The notes under the pieces are model-generated. The model saw only the letters and a program-made list of their open reading frames with translations, did no database searches and was not told the origin of the DNA. The translations under genes were made by a program, and so were the position numbers. Positions 8,918 to 18,916 of a stretch of 64,000 bases of DNA are shown piece by piece; the first letter of the stretch is position 1, and each line of letters begins with the position of its first letter. The stretch covers positions 62,001-126,000 of IMG/VR virus record IMGVR_UViG_3300027782_000027; one strand, given 5' to 3'.

Positions 8918-9170
8918 ATTTAGATAAAAGTCTAAGTGATTTAGATAATACTTCAGATTCTTCTAATGAATATACTCCCTTTAAGAATGAGTATTTAACG
9001 GATTCAATTAAACATAATTTTGCCTGTTCGTCAGTTAGATTAGAGATAAAATCATTTAAACCATCTGATGATTTATATTCAATAGAATTAAATAAGATAC
9101 CACCATCATTTAAATTGTTTAATTCATTTAAAATTTCTGATTTTAATTTGTCTTCTTCTGAATGTTCCAT
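8916..9170 (-). CDS. Hypothetical protein
   Basis: 84-aa ORF filling the gap; no recognisable motif. Confidence 0.6.
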   Translation of the reverse strand: MEHSEEDKLKSEILNELNNLNDGGILFNSIEYKSSDGLNDFISNLTDEQAKLCLIESVKYSFLKGVYSLEESEVLSKSLRLLSK

Positions 9171-9179
9171 AGTATTAGA

Positions 9180-9186
9180 TATTTAT
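9180..9186 (+). promoter_or_regulatory. TATTTAT putative late promoter
   Basis: Upstream of ATG 9212. Confidence 0.6.
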
Positions 9187-9211
9187 GTAAATATAAACAA
9201 TTTTTTTGGTT

Positions 9212-9949
9212 ATGAAAAGTAATATGATTTTAGAAATTCTTAAAAAACTAACTGAATATGAGAAATATTTAAATGAAGCATCAACTACATCTACTGTTGG
9301 TGGTACATATAAGCCTCCGATTAGACCAGGAATTAGAAAATGGTTTGATGAAAATTTAAAGCCATTTATTGAACCTGTATCTGACTATGTTGATGCTGAA
9401 ATAAATTACGATTCTTTAGATGGTCATGTTAAAAAATCTAAAAAAGAAATTTCTAAAAAAGAAAAAAATGCTAAACATATTAGAGATAAGGATTATAGAC
9501 AAGATGCTCCTGATGAAGGTGATGATGAATATGCTTACGCACCATTTAAAATGTATAAACCAGATTATCAAGTGGATAGTGTAAATGAATCAAAAAAAGA
9601 TACTAATGAAGATTTAGGTGTTTGGTTTGGTACAAAGAAAAAACCAAAGGGTAGTAAACAACCTAAAGGTCCATGGGTAAATATTTGTAGTAAAAAAGAT
9701 GGTAAACATCCACCATGTGGAAGACCTGAGGGTGATACAAAGGGTTATCCTAAATGTAGAGCGGTAGGGGTCGCAGCTAAAATGACCGATTCTCAAAAAC
9801 AATCTGCTTGTCAACAAAAAAGAAAGGCCGAAAAAAAAGATACTCAAACAGGTAAAGGTCAAAAACCTGTTATGACATCATACAAACCTAAAAAGAAAAA
9901 GACCAACGAATCGGTCTTAATATCTTTAATTAGAAAATCTTTAGGTTAA
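9212..9949 (+). CDS. Basic late protein with Cys-rich C-terminal domain (W-V-x-I-C...PCGR...YPKC)
   Basis: ORF track; ATG 9212 preferred over TTG 9206. The motif is recalled from uncharacterised phage and large-virus proteins. Confidence 0.7.
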   Translation: MKSNMILEILKKLTEYEKYLNEASTTSTVGGTYKPPIRPGIRKWFDENLKPFIEPVSDYVDAEINYDSLDGHVKKSKKEISKKEKNAKHIRDKDYRQDAPDEGDDEYAYAPFKMYKPDYQVDSVNESKKDTNEDLGVWFGTKKKPKGSKQPKGPWVNICSKKDGKHPPCGRPEGDTKGYPKCRAVGVAAKMTDSQKQSACQQKRKAEKKDTQTGKGQKPVMTSYKPKKKKTNESVLISLIRKSLG

Positions 9950-10191
9950 TAAATACTTTTACTAACTCTAATACCTGGTCTAAGAGGTTCGTAAGCTCTT
10001 TCAGGTCTTGAGTATTGTCCTGTATTATATTCAGAATTTAATTCTCTCAATGCGTTTTTATATTCACCTGTTTCATCAGATAATATTCTATCAATAACAT
10101 CTTGAACTAAGCCTCTATCAAGTCTTCCGTATTCTGGTTCTTCTGACATTTCTTTTAATACTTTTTTAATTTGCGTATCTAATTTTGACAT
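9946..10191 (-). CDS. Hypothetical late protein (N-terminal IKKVLKE)
   Basis: 81-aa ORF with a late motif upstream at 10220-10226. Confidence 0.7.
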   Translation of the reverse strand: MSKLDTQIKKVLKEMSEEPEYGRLDRGLVQDVIDRILSDETGEYKNALRELNSEYNTGQYSRPERAYEPLRPGIRVSKSIY

Positions 10192-10201
10192 GATTCTAAT
10201 A

Positions 10202-10606
10202 TTAACAATTTATTTTATTATAAATATTGTCAAGAGAATGATTAATTTGACTTTCTAATTCTTTTTCAATTTCCATTGCTCTATATTCCATTTCTCTACG
10301 GAACGCACTAACCAATTTATCCCATTGAGTTTTATTTAATTTAATAAAATAACTGTATGTATGATTAGTTACAGTAACTTGTCCACCATCCATTGTAACA
10401 AAAATACCTAATTTATCATTACGGATATATTTCTTATCTGATATGGGTGCGATTATGAGTTCAGAATCTTCCGAATGAATGAGTTTACGACATATGGTGG
10501 AACATTTCCTCACGTTAGACATATAGATGTCAAATTCGGTATCCTTTCGGTCTAATCTACGTAAGTATAGACGATATTTAATCCACAGTTTTTTTATTAT
10601 AGTCAT
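10202..10606 (-). CDS. Hypothetical early protein
   Basis: 134-aa ORF preceded by a Bacteroidota-type promoter. Confidence 0.7.
   Translation of the reverse strand: MTIIKKLWIKYRLYLRRLDRKDTEFDIYMSNVRKCSTICRKLIHSEDSELIIAPISDKKYIRNDKLGIFVTMDGGQVTVTNHTYSYFIKLNKTQWDKLVSAFRREMEYRAMEIEKELESQINHSLDNIYNKINC
10220..10226 (-). promoter_or_regulatory. TATTTAT putative late promoter
   Basis: Lies in the 3' end of the 10202 ORF, upstream of the 10191 start. Confidence 0.5.
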
Positions 10607-10625
10607 GTCATTTATGATTTGACTA

Positions 10626-10656
10626 CAAATATACTACGATTTTTTAATAATCCAAA
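10626..10656 (-). promoter_or_regulatory. Bacteroidota housekeeping-type promoter TTTG-N19-TATATTTG
   Basis: -33 TTTG at 10656-10653, 19-nt spacer, -7 TAnnTTTG at 10633-10626, upstream of ATG 10606. Confidence 0.7.
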
Positions 10657-10664
10657 ATAATTGA

Positions 10665-11192
10665 TTAACAATATGCTCCTGAACAATGTTTTTTTCCATC
10701 AAGACCTTTGATTTTACCTTTACATACTTGAACAGCGTGACCATTTGAATAAGCGGAAGGGTAAACGTCATATTTTGATTTTGCAGATGCGACACCACGA
10801 GCACATAATTTAGTACCAGCCTTTTTACGACCTTCAGTCATTTGATATAATGCCAATGCTGTGCCAGGGTCTCCATTTACATCATCTACCATAGCTAAAT
10901 CGTCGATAATATTGTCATCTTCCATTACCTCTTCAGAACTAAAATCATCACCTTCAATTTCGTTCATTATAAAATCAAAAACTTGGTCCATATTATTTTT
11001 AGATTCTGCAATGTGGTCTTGAGCCCAATCATGACCATTGTCTAAAATAGATTCTATCATTTTTTTATCCTTACCAAGGAGTATTTCACATTGGCGTTTC
11101 ATTTGTTCTAAATTACTGAAGAACATATATCTTTGAGTTTCCTCTTTAAGTACTTTTTTAATTATGTTATTTAAATTTTTCATATTACGCAA
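10665..11192 (-). CDS. Late protein with C-terminal LCARG...YPSAY..G..VQVCKG domain (DUF5872-like)
   Basis: YDVYPSAYSNGHAVQVCKG motif; N-terminal IIKKVLKEE. Confidence 0.6.
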   Translation of the reverse strand: MRNMKNLNNIIKKVLKEETQRYMFFSNLEQMKRQCEILLGKDKKMIESILDNGHDWAQDHIAESKNNMDQVFDFIMNEIEGDDFSSEEVMEDDNIIDDLAMVDDVNGDPGTALALYQMTEGRKKAGTKLCARGVASAKSKYDVYPSAYSNGHAVQVCKGKIKGLDGKKHCSGAYC

Positions 11193-11703
11193 TCATATCA
11201 TCTTCTTTTAGGTCATTACAGACTACATCTAAAAACACTTCAATATCGTGTTCAATACCTTCATAATCCTCAAATACATTATTTCCTTCAGTTGTATTTT
11301 CAAACATACAAGTTTGAAAATTACCTTCAGTATCACAGTAAATTTCACCATAGTAATCACTATCATCAACTGTTAGATATCCTGTATGTATTTTTTCATC
11401 TTCAGTATCTTCAGTTGACTCGTATCTAAATTTAAATGACGGCATACCTGGAAATTCAAAAGACCAAAAACCACCAGCTTTAGTCATAAAATCATCTTTA
11501 GATGATGGTTCATCTTCTATTGAAATACCTTTAGTGAATTTCCCAAGAATTTCTCTTTCTTTAGGAGTAATTGATTCCATACCTGACTGACTAATCTTAT
11601 CTAAGATTGCGTCAATTTTATCTTCACCTGGTGTTAACGCTTCAGATAATACAAATTTTAATAACTTAATATATTCGTTTTCTTTTAATACTACTTTTTT
11701 CAT
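11185..11703 (-). CDS. Hypothetical acidic late protein
   Basis: 172-aa ORF overlapping its neighbours. Contains IDAILDKISQSGMESIT (DUF6576-like helix pair, tentative). Confidence 0.7.
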   Translation of the reverse strand: MKKVVLKENEYIKLLKFVLSEALTPGEDKIDAILDKISQSGMESITPKEREILGKFTKGISIEDEPSSKDDFMTKAGGFWSFEFPGMPSFKFRYESTEDTEDEKIHTGYLTVDDSDYYGEIYCDTEGNFQTCMFENTTEGNNVFEDYEGIEHDIEVFLDVVCNDLKEDDMIA

Positions 11704-13196
11704 TTCTTATTAACTATTTGGAATGTTAGTGTTTTTTTATAAGTATCTACTTCTCCTGATGTTAGTACTTTAATATCAACATTATATTCATTTGGTATTT
11801 TATCTTTTGTATCAAATATAAAATAGTATTCATTAGACGCTCTATTAATTTGAGTCCAGTCTTGAACTTGTACTTCAGTCGTTCCCTCGTTAACATATAT
11901 TCTATAATATGCGGTAACAGGTGTTAGTACTTCATTTGAAGTGTATGCTTTTTTAATAACCACACCAACTTTTCTAACATCAGTATTGAGTATTTTTTCA
12001 TCTTGTTTGATACCGTAAAAATCAAATCCAAATAACTCAGGGTCCCTACTTTGAATACCTAATGTAAAATAACCTTGATAAGGTAATACAGTTAAATCAT
12101 TAACTACATCAGGTAATGAAATGCCGTTATAAACTAAATTAGACCAAGTATCCGTAAACATACATGGGGTTGTTACAGTTATCCCACTTGTTGTTATTTG
12201 ATAAACACCTTGTGTTATTTGACAACCTGTGTATGTTCCAACAACATTACCCTGATTATTCTCAAGAGTAACAACAGGTAGATTATCTAAACTTGTTGGG
12301 ACCCCTCCGATATAAGAATATAAATAAAGACGATTATTGTTATGAGAATAAAATGAATTTCTATTATCTAATATTAAATCATTATATGAAGTTTCTAAAA
12401 AAGGTTCGTAAAATGTTTGAGTGTGTCTTGTAAAGAATCCAACTGAATAATTTTCAGTTAACCCTGTTAAATTTTCTAACTGAGGTAAATAAGCAATTCC
12501 CCATCCTGTAAATCCTGATGTCGAACCTGTAAGATACTGATTAATTTCATTTGTCATGTCAAATTCAATATCCTCATTACCAAATTCAAAGTGTTGTGTA
12601 TCAACGATGATTAAATCAGAATAATCAACATTACCTCCTGTTGTGTTATTGTATATTCCATTAGTACTCCAACCACTTAATGTTGTTCTTTGATACCAAT
12701 TTGAAGGTCTTTGTGAATATGATTTATCTTGGGGTAATGTAATTGGTGTTAATAATCCATTAGATGTATTAAGTGTATTTTGAACATCGTAATAGTCGTA
12801 TCCAACTCCCTCATCCCAACTTTGAGCCACCCCTGTACTACCTGAAGTTAATGGTATTCTAAATAAAATTAAATCAAATGAAGTGGCTCTTAATCTACCC
12901 TGAGATGTATATTCATTTGATAAACCTTCTTTATCAAATGAAGATGTATTTGTCATTCTCAAGGTATGTGTTATTCCTGAAAATCCAGTACATCCTGTAG
13001 ATATTGTTTTGGTTTGAATTTTCCCTACAAGTTGTGAAAGGTCTAAATCAAATATGAATCTGCTAAATCCTGGTGAAGCAATTACATCTGATGATGAACC
13101 AAAATAAAGTTGTGTCCACGGAGACTTACCAGTGTTAGTAAAACTGTTGGATAATAACGTATTATTACGACTAAAATATGAACGATGAATTGACAT
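11700..13196 (-). CDS. Putative virion structural protein (beta-rich)
   Basis: 498-aa T/S/G/N/Y-rich ORF with a late motif upstream. Confidence 0.7.
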   Translation of the reverse strand: MSIHRSYFSRNNTLLSNSFTNTGKSPWTQLYFGSSSDVIASPGFSRFIFDLDLSQLVGKIQTKTISTGCTGFSGITHTLRMTNTSSFDKEGLSNEYTSQGRLRATSFDLILFRIPLTSGSTGVAQSWDEGVGYDYYDVQNTLNTSNGLLTPITLPQDKSYSQRPSNWYQRTTLSGWSTNGIYNNTTGGNVDYSDLIIVDTQHFEFGNEDIEFDMTNEINQYLTGSTSGFTGWGIAYLPQLENLTGLTENYSVGFFTRHTQTFYEPFLETSYNDLILDNRNSFYSHNNNRLYLYSYIGGVPTSLDNLPVVTLENNQGNVVGTYTGCQITQGVYQITTSGITVTTPCMFTDTWSNLVYNGISLPDVVNDLTVLPYQGYFTLGIQSRDPELFGFDFYGIKQDEKILNTDVRKVGVVIKKAYTSNEVLTPVTAYYRIYVNEGTTEVQVQDWTQINRASNEYYFIFDTKDKIPNEYNVDIKVLTSGEVDTYKKTLTFQIVNKK

Positions 13197-13208
13197 TATC
13201 TTTTTTAG

Positions 13209-13215
13209 ATAAATA
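13209..13215 (-). promoter_or_regulatory. TATTTAT putative late promoter
   Basis: In the gap upstream of the 13196 start. Confidence 0.65.
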
Positions 13216-14841
13216 TCAATTTATTCGAATATTTTGATTAATAACTTTTTGGTCAAATAAATTGAATTCTTCTAAAACTTGTTGACTGGTTATTGGTGCG
13301 GTTTCAGTAGTTGTTTCATAAGGTGGGTAACGGTTATACAAGTGCTGGTGATTTAATAAAAATCTAACCATTAGTGATAATAATTTCTTTAAAGACTCAC
13401 CCCTAACCATACCCTCAGTTGCCTCCATGTAGTTTGTTGAAAGTTTTGACTCACCAATGCCATAAACATCTTCATCATCAACAATTATACTTGGTTTGTC
13501 AGGTATCTGTGAAGTTCTTGAGATAAAAAATACTTTATCCGACCCTAATACAGCGTAAGACTGTTCAGTAATTTCTTTATTAAGACTGGTTATTTTTTGT
13601 AAAGAGGTTTTTAATAACTGTCCAAAATAATTCTTTTTGGATATTAAACCCGCACCAGGATTTTCTTTTCTAGATTGTGGAAATACTACTCTTGAGGATA
13701 ATGCATTTATAGTTTTTCTTTGATTTGCATCCCCTTTATTTAATAAATTTTGGTTAGTAACACTTGGTCGGTAAAAAAATGGAAATCTATTATCTAAAAT
13801 TTTTTGATAAACTCTTACTTTTTGTTCCTGCCCATCAACTATTGATGTATATTCAAAATCAATTTCACCCTTGTTTAACCCTTTAAGGATTGAATTCACA
13901 ATAAACGACACTGTTTCTATTGTATATACATTAACAAATTCATGTATAAAGTAAGGGAAAAAAGAAGTATAGTCATCTAAAACGGTATCACTTCTAAAAT
14001 TTGTAGTTGTTGTTTTGGAGTTTCTACCCGGTAAATTATATATGTTAATATTACCTGAATAAGGTCCATCTGTTCCCTCATTAAATCCGTAATCAATTTC
14101 ATACTCAACTAATTTGACAATTTGTTGGTCAACAACTTCCTCTTTAATAATATTTTTTGGAGGATTTTTGGTTGTTTTAAATTCAAAATCAGAAAGTTGT
14201 AAAAAAGAACGATTTTTATTAACTACAGGACTTTCATTATTTTTAAATTCTTTAGTCTTTCTAGCTCTTAAAATAACTTCAGTATCCTTAAGAATAATAT
14301 CTGACCTACCTTTTGAATAAAGTCCAACATCTTCAACTTCTGCCATAACACCTTTTGTTGAAGTGTTAAAATATCCATTACTATTTTTTAAAGGTTTACC
14401 CGCTTTAACATTAGGTAAATTACCTAATATACCTTTTGTTTGGTTACTATCTTCAGCTTTTAATGCGGTTATTGTTGAAATTGACGCTTTAATAAAAAAT
14501 TGTTTTTTTCGGCCAGAATTATCAATCGAATTAAAATAAATTAATAATACACCATCATTAATTGCTGGTACGATATTAATATTCATTGGTAATAACGGAA
14601 AGAAAACAAAAGGGTCATCCTTTGTGAAATACAAATCTTCTCGGATATCGTCTTGATTAGGATTTAATAAAGAACCTTTTAAATCAGTTCTATCTTTGTA
14701 TGACCCAATTATTTCTAAAAATTTCTCATGTTCCGGAACTACTCTAACCCTTTCTAATAAATTAGGGTCATCATTATCTTTTACCGTTCCAAAAAATAAT
14801 GTTCTATTAAGATTTGGATTAAACGTTACTTCTTGACTCAT
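13216..14841 (-). CDS. Baseplate central spike/hub protein (gp5/gpV-like)
   Basis: N-terminal OB-fold pattern FGTVKDNDDPNLLERVRV; C-terminal VRGESL...NHQH (HxH apex motif). Confidence 0.65.
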   Translation of the reverse strand: MSQEVTFNPNLNRTLFFGTVKDNDDPNLLERVRVVPEHEKFLEIIGSYKDRTDLKGSLLNPNQDDIREDLYFTKDDPFVFFPLLPMNINIVPAINDGVLLIYFNSIDNSGRKKQFFIKASISTITALKAEDSNQTKGILGNLPNVKAGKPLKNSNGYFNTSTKGVMAEVEDVGLYSKGRSDIILKDTEVILRARKTKEFKNNESPVVNKNRSFLQLSDFEFKTTKNPPKNIIKEEVVDQQIVKLVEYEIDYGFNEGTDGPYSGNINIYNLPGRNSKTTTTNFRSDTVLDDYTSFFPYFIHEFVNVYTIETVSFIVNSILKGLNKGEIDFEYTSIVDGQEQKVRVYQKILDNRFPFFYRPSVTNQNLLNKGDANQRKTINALSSRVVFPQSRKENPGAGLISKKNYFGQLLKTSLQKITSLNKEITEQSYAVLGSDKVFFISRTSQIPDKPSIIVDDEDVYGIGESKLSTNYMEATEGMVRGESLKKLLSLMVRFLLNHQHLYNRYPPYETTTETAPITSQQVLEEFNLFDQKVINQNIRIN

Positions 14842-15034
14842 ATTCTTTTAATATTTGATTGTATAAAGATTCTGCTTTATCTAATTTTTTCGTTAATTTA
14901 ATTACAATATCTTTTGTTTCATCAAAATCTTTTGATAAAAAATCCAAAACAATTATTAATTCTTTATTAGATTTATTCTTAAAATCAGATATAATTTCTT
15001 TTATTTTATTTTCCATTTTATATAGATTTTCCAA
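14819..15034 (-). CDS. Small coiled-coil hypothetical protein
   Basis: 71-aa ORF overlapping its neighbours; the start may be 15016. Confidence 0.6.
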   Translation of the reverse strand: MENLYKMENKIKEIISDFKNKSNKELIIVLDFLSKDFDETKDIVIKLTKKLDKAESLYNQILKEYESRSNV

Positions 15035-16967
15035 CTATTCTAACAATTCCTGTTGGTTGACCTGTAGGTGAAATAGTTTCAGTATATGCAACTCCCTCAA
15101 CTTTTCCATTTTTGGCCCTTTCATTAAATATCGCTTGGAAAGTAGCATAAGTTGCAACGGTTGCAATATCAGGTTCTCCATTTATACCTCTACCAACAGG
15201 TAATCCTAAACTCTGCATTTGTTCAATATACTCAATTAACTCTCTATCAGGGTTAGAGCCTGATAACGTTTGAGATAAAAAAAGAATTGGGGTTGGTATA
15301 AGTTCTTTTTTCTTTAATCGTTGTAACGACGCGATTCCACCAATAGAAAGTAAATTAAAAATGTAATCCAAGAGTGATTTACATTGTCTATAATCATTTA
15401 TGGCGTTTAATCCCCCTTGAACTATTAATTTTGTTTGTTTGATAATATTTTCAACTAAGACGTATAGATATTTATTTTTATTTTTTATAATATCTAAAAC
15501 AATATTTTCAGCCAATTTAATTAAATCCTTTCTTAACCTATTCATTAATTCTTCAATAAAAACCGCACCTACACGAGAAATTACGTTAATCATAAAAGAC
15601 TTATTATTTCGAGCAAATGCCATGGCACCTGGAAATTCGTCAGTAACAGAATTTTCAACTGTAGAACCAAACTGAGATGCCGATAATAATAATGATTGAG
15701 CGACAACAAATTGAGGAAACAATACTTTTGGTGATAAAATTGAAGCGACTACACCTGAAATAAAATTTTTAATAATGTCTTCATTGAAAGATGCGTTAAA
15801 AATTTGAGGTAATTGTAAATTCCATCTTCTATCATTTGATAAATTAAAGAAAACTTCCTGTATAATCGTGTCAACGTTTGAACCATCGTCATTTGTTTCA
15901 GTAATAATATCTGATATATATTCAGTATTAGTTACTGGTAATATTATATTGTTACAATCAATAAACTCAACAACCCCTCTTCGTATTAAATCAATTTCAT
16001 TATCTATTTGTGATAATTCTGAAGGTGTAAATTCAAATAAACTATTTGTAGTGTCATCATATTCAGGATACTTAGATGTTCCTCCGACATCAATTTCTTT
16101 ATCATAGTCAAAACACATACCTAATATTCTTTGTAAAATAACATAGAATTTTTTTTGGTCATTTAAAGAAACAGGACCAGTACCGGCATTAACTGTAAAA
16201 CTATTTAAAACTAAATCAACAATTTTAGTAATTGCGTTCTGAAAATCAAAGATTTTTAAACTTTTATAGTAATCAACTAAAAATGATGAAATTAAGTTAG
16301 GGGAATTTAATCTATCTAATAAAATAACTTTAAAGTAGTTACCTTGTTCAACACCATTAAATGTTTCATAACTTATGTTGAATAACGGTTGACCTGACGC
16401 TCCATTATACTGAAAAACTAAACCATTCCCTTGTATTACTTGATAGAAAAATCTATTTGTGCTTTTAGGCGGTGAATCGGTTTGACTTGTATACGGTTTC
16501 TTTTCATATATTGTTGCTCCAAGTTGACCATCAGGGTCAAGTTGTAGTTGTTTCCATATATCAATTTTAGATATTGGAATGTATATTTCTTGATTTGTTG
16601 GGTATGTTTCGTCTTGGGGACATCCCGAAGATTTTAAAATTTCTTCCTGAATAATTTGTTCAACTATTGAGGGTAATTTCTGTAAGGATTCTTTAAGAAT
16701 TTTTATTAATTCATCTTGTGTTGAACCATCATTAGATGTTTTAATCATCTCTATTAGTTCATCAAATGATGTTGTAAATTTTTCTTTAAGTTCTCGGGCC
16801 TTTTCAGCACTATCCAAATTAATTTGAATATTATCCGCTTTTTTTTGAAAATTATTAGTGAACTTATCAATTCGATTATCATACTCAGTTTTTACCTCAT
16901 TGAGTTTTTTAAAAGAATTAATTTTTCTTTTGGCATCATCATATGATTTACTAATGTCTATAGCCAT
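15018..16967 (-). CDS. Hypothetical, probably virion, protein
   Basis: 649-aa ORF in a late operon. Confidence 0.75.
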   Translation of the reverse strand: MAIDISKSYDDAKRKINSFKKLNEVKTEYDNRIDKFTNNFQKKADNIQINLDSAEKARELKEKFTTSFDELIEMIKTSNDGSTQDELIKILKESLQKLPSIVEQIIQEEILKSSGCPQDETYPTNQEIYIPISKIDIWKQLQLDPDGQLGATIYEKKPYTSQTDSPPKSTNRFFYQVIQGNGLVFQYNGASGQPLFNISYETFNGVEQGNYFKVILLDRLNSPNLISSFLVDYYKSLKIFDFQNAITKIVDLVLNSFTVNAGTGPVSLNDQKKFYVILQRILGMCFDYDKEIDVGGTSKYPEYDDTTNSLFEFTPSELSQIDNEIDLIRRGVVEFIDCNNIILPVTNTEYISDIITETNDDGSNVDTIIQEVFFNLSNDRRWNLQLPQIFNASFNEDIIKNFISGVVASILSPKVLFPQFVVAQSLLLSASQFGSTVENSVTDEFPGAMAFARNNKSFMINVISRVGAVFIEELMNRLRKDLIKLAENIVLDIIKNKNKYLYVLVENIIKQTKLIVQGGLNAINDYRQCKSLLDYIFNLLSIGGIASLQRLKKKELIPTPILFLSQTLSGSNPDRELIEYIEQMQSLGLPVGRGINGEPDIATVATYATFQAIFNERAKNGKVEGVAYTETISPTGQPTGIVRIVGKSI

Positions 16968-16970
16968 TTT

Positions 16971-17333
16971 TTATATTGAGAAATTCTCGTTACTTGAATT
17001 TATATCTTTATCTAAAAGACCTTGTAAAATATCGTCATCCATAGATGAAATATCAAAACTTGATTCGTGACTTTGTTGTTTTTCCCATATACCTGACTGT
17101 AACTTTGAAAGAGTTAATTTCTTTTCAACACAGTCGTTTACAATTTTTTGTTGTTTTTCGATTACAGGGCCTATTAAAGTCATATCTTCAGGTTCTTTCA
17201 TCATTCCAATCATTTTATTTTGAATTCTGATGGCGGTAGTCCTTTGCTCCACTAATTCATTATATATTTCTTGCATCAAAGCAAGAATAGAATCTTTAGT
17301 AAAATTAATTTGTTTCTTTTTAGGTTTTGTCAT
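16971..17333 (-). CDS. Hypothetical late protein
   Basis: 120-aa coiled-coil ORF with a late motif 4 nt upstream. Confidence 0.75.
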   Translation of the reverse strand: MTKPKKKQINFTKDSILALMQEIYNELVEQRTTAIRIQNKMIGMMKEPEDMTLIGPVIEKQQKIVNDCVEKKLTLSKLQSGIWEKQQSHESSFDISSMDDDILQGLLDKDINSSNENFSI

Positions 17334-17337
17334 ACTA

Positions 17338-17344
17338 ATAAATA
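17338..17344 (-). promoter_or_regulatory. TATTTAT putative late promoter
   Basis: 4 nt upstream of the 17333 start. Confidence 0.6.
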
Positions 17345-17360
17345 GATATTTAGTGGAAAT

Positions 17361-18098
17361 TTACTCTTCCTTAACATCTATTAACGAAGAGTAAATTTTC
17401 TTGAATTTTTTAATTGAAGCTCTAATCTCTTTAGTTGACATATTTGTCATTTCACGAATAGATAATAAAATTACATTTTTATTAAATTTATTATTATCTG
17501 TTGCCGGAAATATCGTTTCGTAATTGTCTAAAATATCGATAAGTGCAAAACCTAATTTTAATTCATTATCATTTAATTCATCTTCTTCTATTGTTGTTTT
17601 AATATAATCTTTTAATATCGGAATTACATTATATTCTTGAATAGGTTCAATTTCTAAATAATAAATCATTTCAGGTCTATTTTCTAAATCACTTGAAATA
17701 TCCTCATATGAAATTTTTCTATTTGTTTCTTTTTGGTCTTTTAATATTTGGCCCATAAGATAATTCTTACAAATAGTTCCAAAATATGAGTAAGCTTTCT
17801 TTTCTTTTGAAGGACTAAATTTTTCAATTTTTGTCATCAAAAAAGAATGTGTGTCGGTATGAATTTCAGTAAAATTCATATCTTTTCTATACAATTTATA
17901 TCTTCTTATTATCGAAGATATCATCTTATCTAAAGGGAATCTTAAAAATTCATTATAAATTTTATTTTTTTCCTCAGAAGTAGATGCGGTTAGAAATAAT
18001 CTAACAGCATTTTCCTCTCTTATATCAAAATAATTTTCTGTGGCCGGTTTTTTCTTCTTAGTTAAAGAATCTTGAACAGACGTTGCACTTAAAATCAT
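17361..18098 (-). CDS. Phage sigma factor (T4 gp55-like late sigma, tentative)
   Basis: Sigma region-2-like segment IEKFSPSKEKKAYSYFGTICKNYL (compare gp55 F...AYFT.I..NAF). Confidence 0.6.
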   Translation of the reverse strand: MILSATSVQDSLTKKKKPATENYFDIREENAVRLFLTASTSEEKNKIYNEFLRFPLDKMISSIIRRYKLYRKDMNFTEIHTDTHSFLMTKIEKFSPSKEKKAYSYFGTICKNYLMGQILKDQKETNRKISYEDISSDLENRPEMIYYLEIEPIQEYNVIPILKDYIKTTIEEDELNDNELKLGFALIDILDNYETIFPATDNNKFNKNVILLSIREMTNMSTKEIRASIKKFKKIYSSLIDVKEE

Positions 18099-18916
18099 TA
18101 AACATTTTCAGGTGTATATTTTATGTTTCTGTCTTGGCTAAAGAAATATTCTTTTTTTGCAGTATTAACCCAAAACTTAACTTCATTTTCTGTTAACACA
18201 TTTTCGCCATTTTTATAATCCCAAAAAATAGAACCTTCTCTTAAATTCATATGTTTATAACCAATTCTTGGTATTGTCATGAATTTAACTGAGTTATAAG
18301 TCATTCTTAATAAAAACTCGTAAGCAAATGTTAGTTTAAACCCTGGTTTAAATCCTCCAAAATCTTCAACAATTTGTTTTTTAAATACCATACCTGAAGT
18401 TTGGAAATTTTGATAACTTAATAATGTTTCATTTGTTAATATTCCCATTTCTTGTGAGAAATTAGCAGCAAATGTCGCTTCGTTTGTAAATCCAGCAAAT
18501 ACTGATTTATTATCAACATCAACAACGATTGGCATAAATACATCTACATCAGTATAAATTTCTGAATATTTTCTAACATTTTTAAACCAAATTTTAGAAA
18601 ACTCATCGTCAAATTCTAAAATACTATTCCATTCAGTTTTTGAGTTTTTAATACCTGTATTAACTTGTTCGCAAAAACTAAGCTCACCGTCAAATTTAAT
18701 CTTATTAACTTTTAAATCACCAAAATCAAAATTGTTTAAATAATTAATTAAACTTTCTTCTTCAGAGTGAACAATTATAAGTTCGGTGGGTAATATATCT
18801 TGTATAGTTAATGACTCGATACTTTTTTTAAAAAACTCGTCAAAATCTCTAACTACTGAGGTTTTTAATGGTAATATAACACTTAATTCAAATTCTTTTT
18901 TCATATTATTGTTCAA
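18098..18916 (-). CDS. GT2-family glycosyltransferase
   Basis: LSVILPL...NTGIKNSKTEWNSILEFDDEF (GT-A fold, DD motif). Confidence 0.8.
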   Translation of the reverse strand: MNNNMKKEFELSVILPLKTSVVRDFDEFFKKSIESLTIQDILPTELIIVHSEEESLINYLNNFDFGDLKVNKIKFDGELSFCEQVNTGIKNSKTEWNSILEFDDEFSKIWFKNVRKYSEIYTDVDVFMPIVVDVDNKSVFAGFTNEATFAANFSQEMGILTNETLLSYQNFQTSGMVFKKQIVEDFGGFKPGFKLTFAYEFLLRMTYNSVKFMTIPRIGYKHMNLREGSIFWDYKNGENVLTENEVKFWVNTAKKEYFFSQDRNIKYTPENV

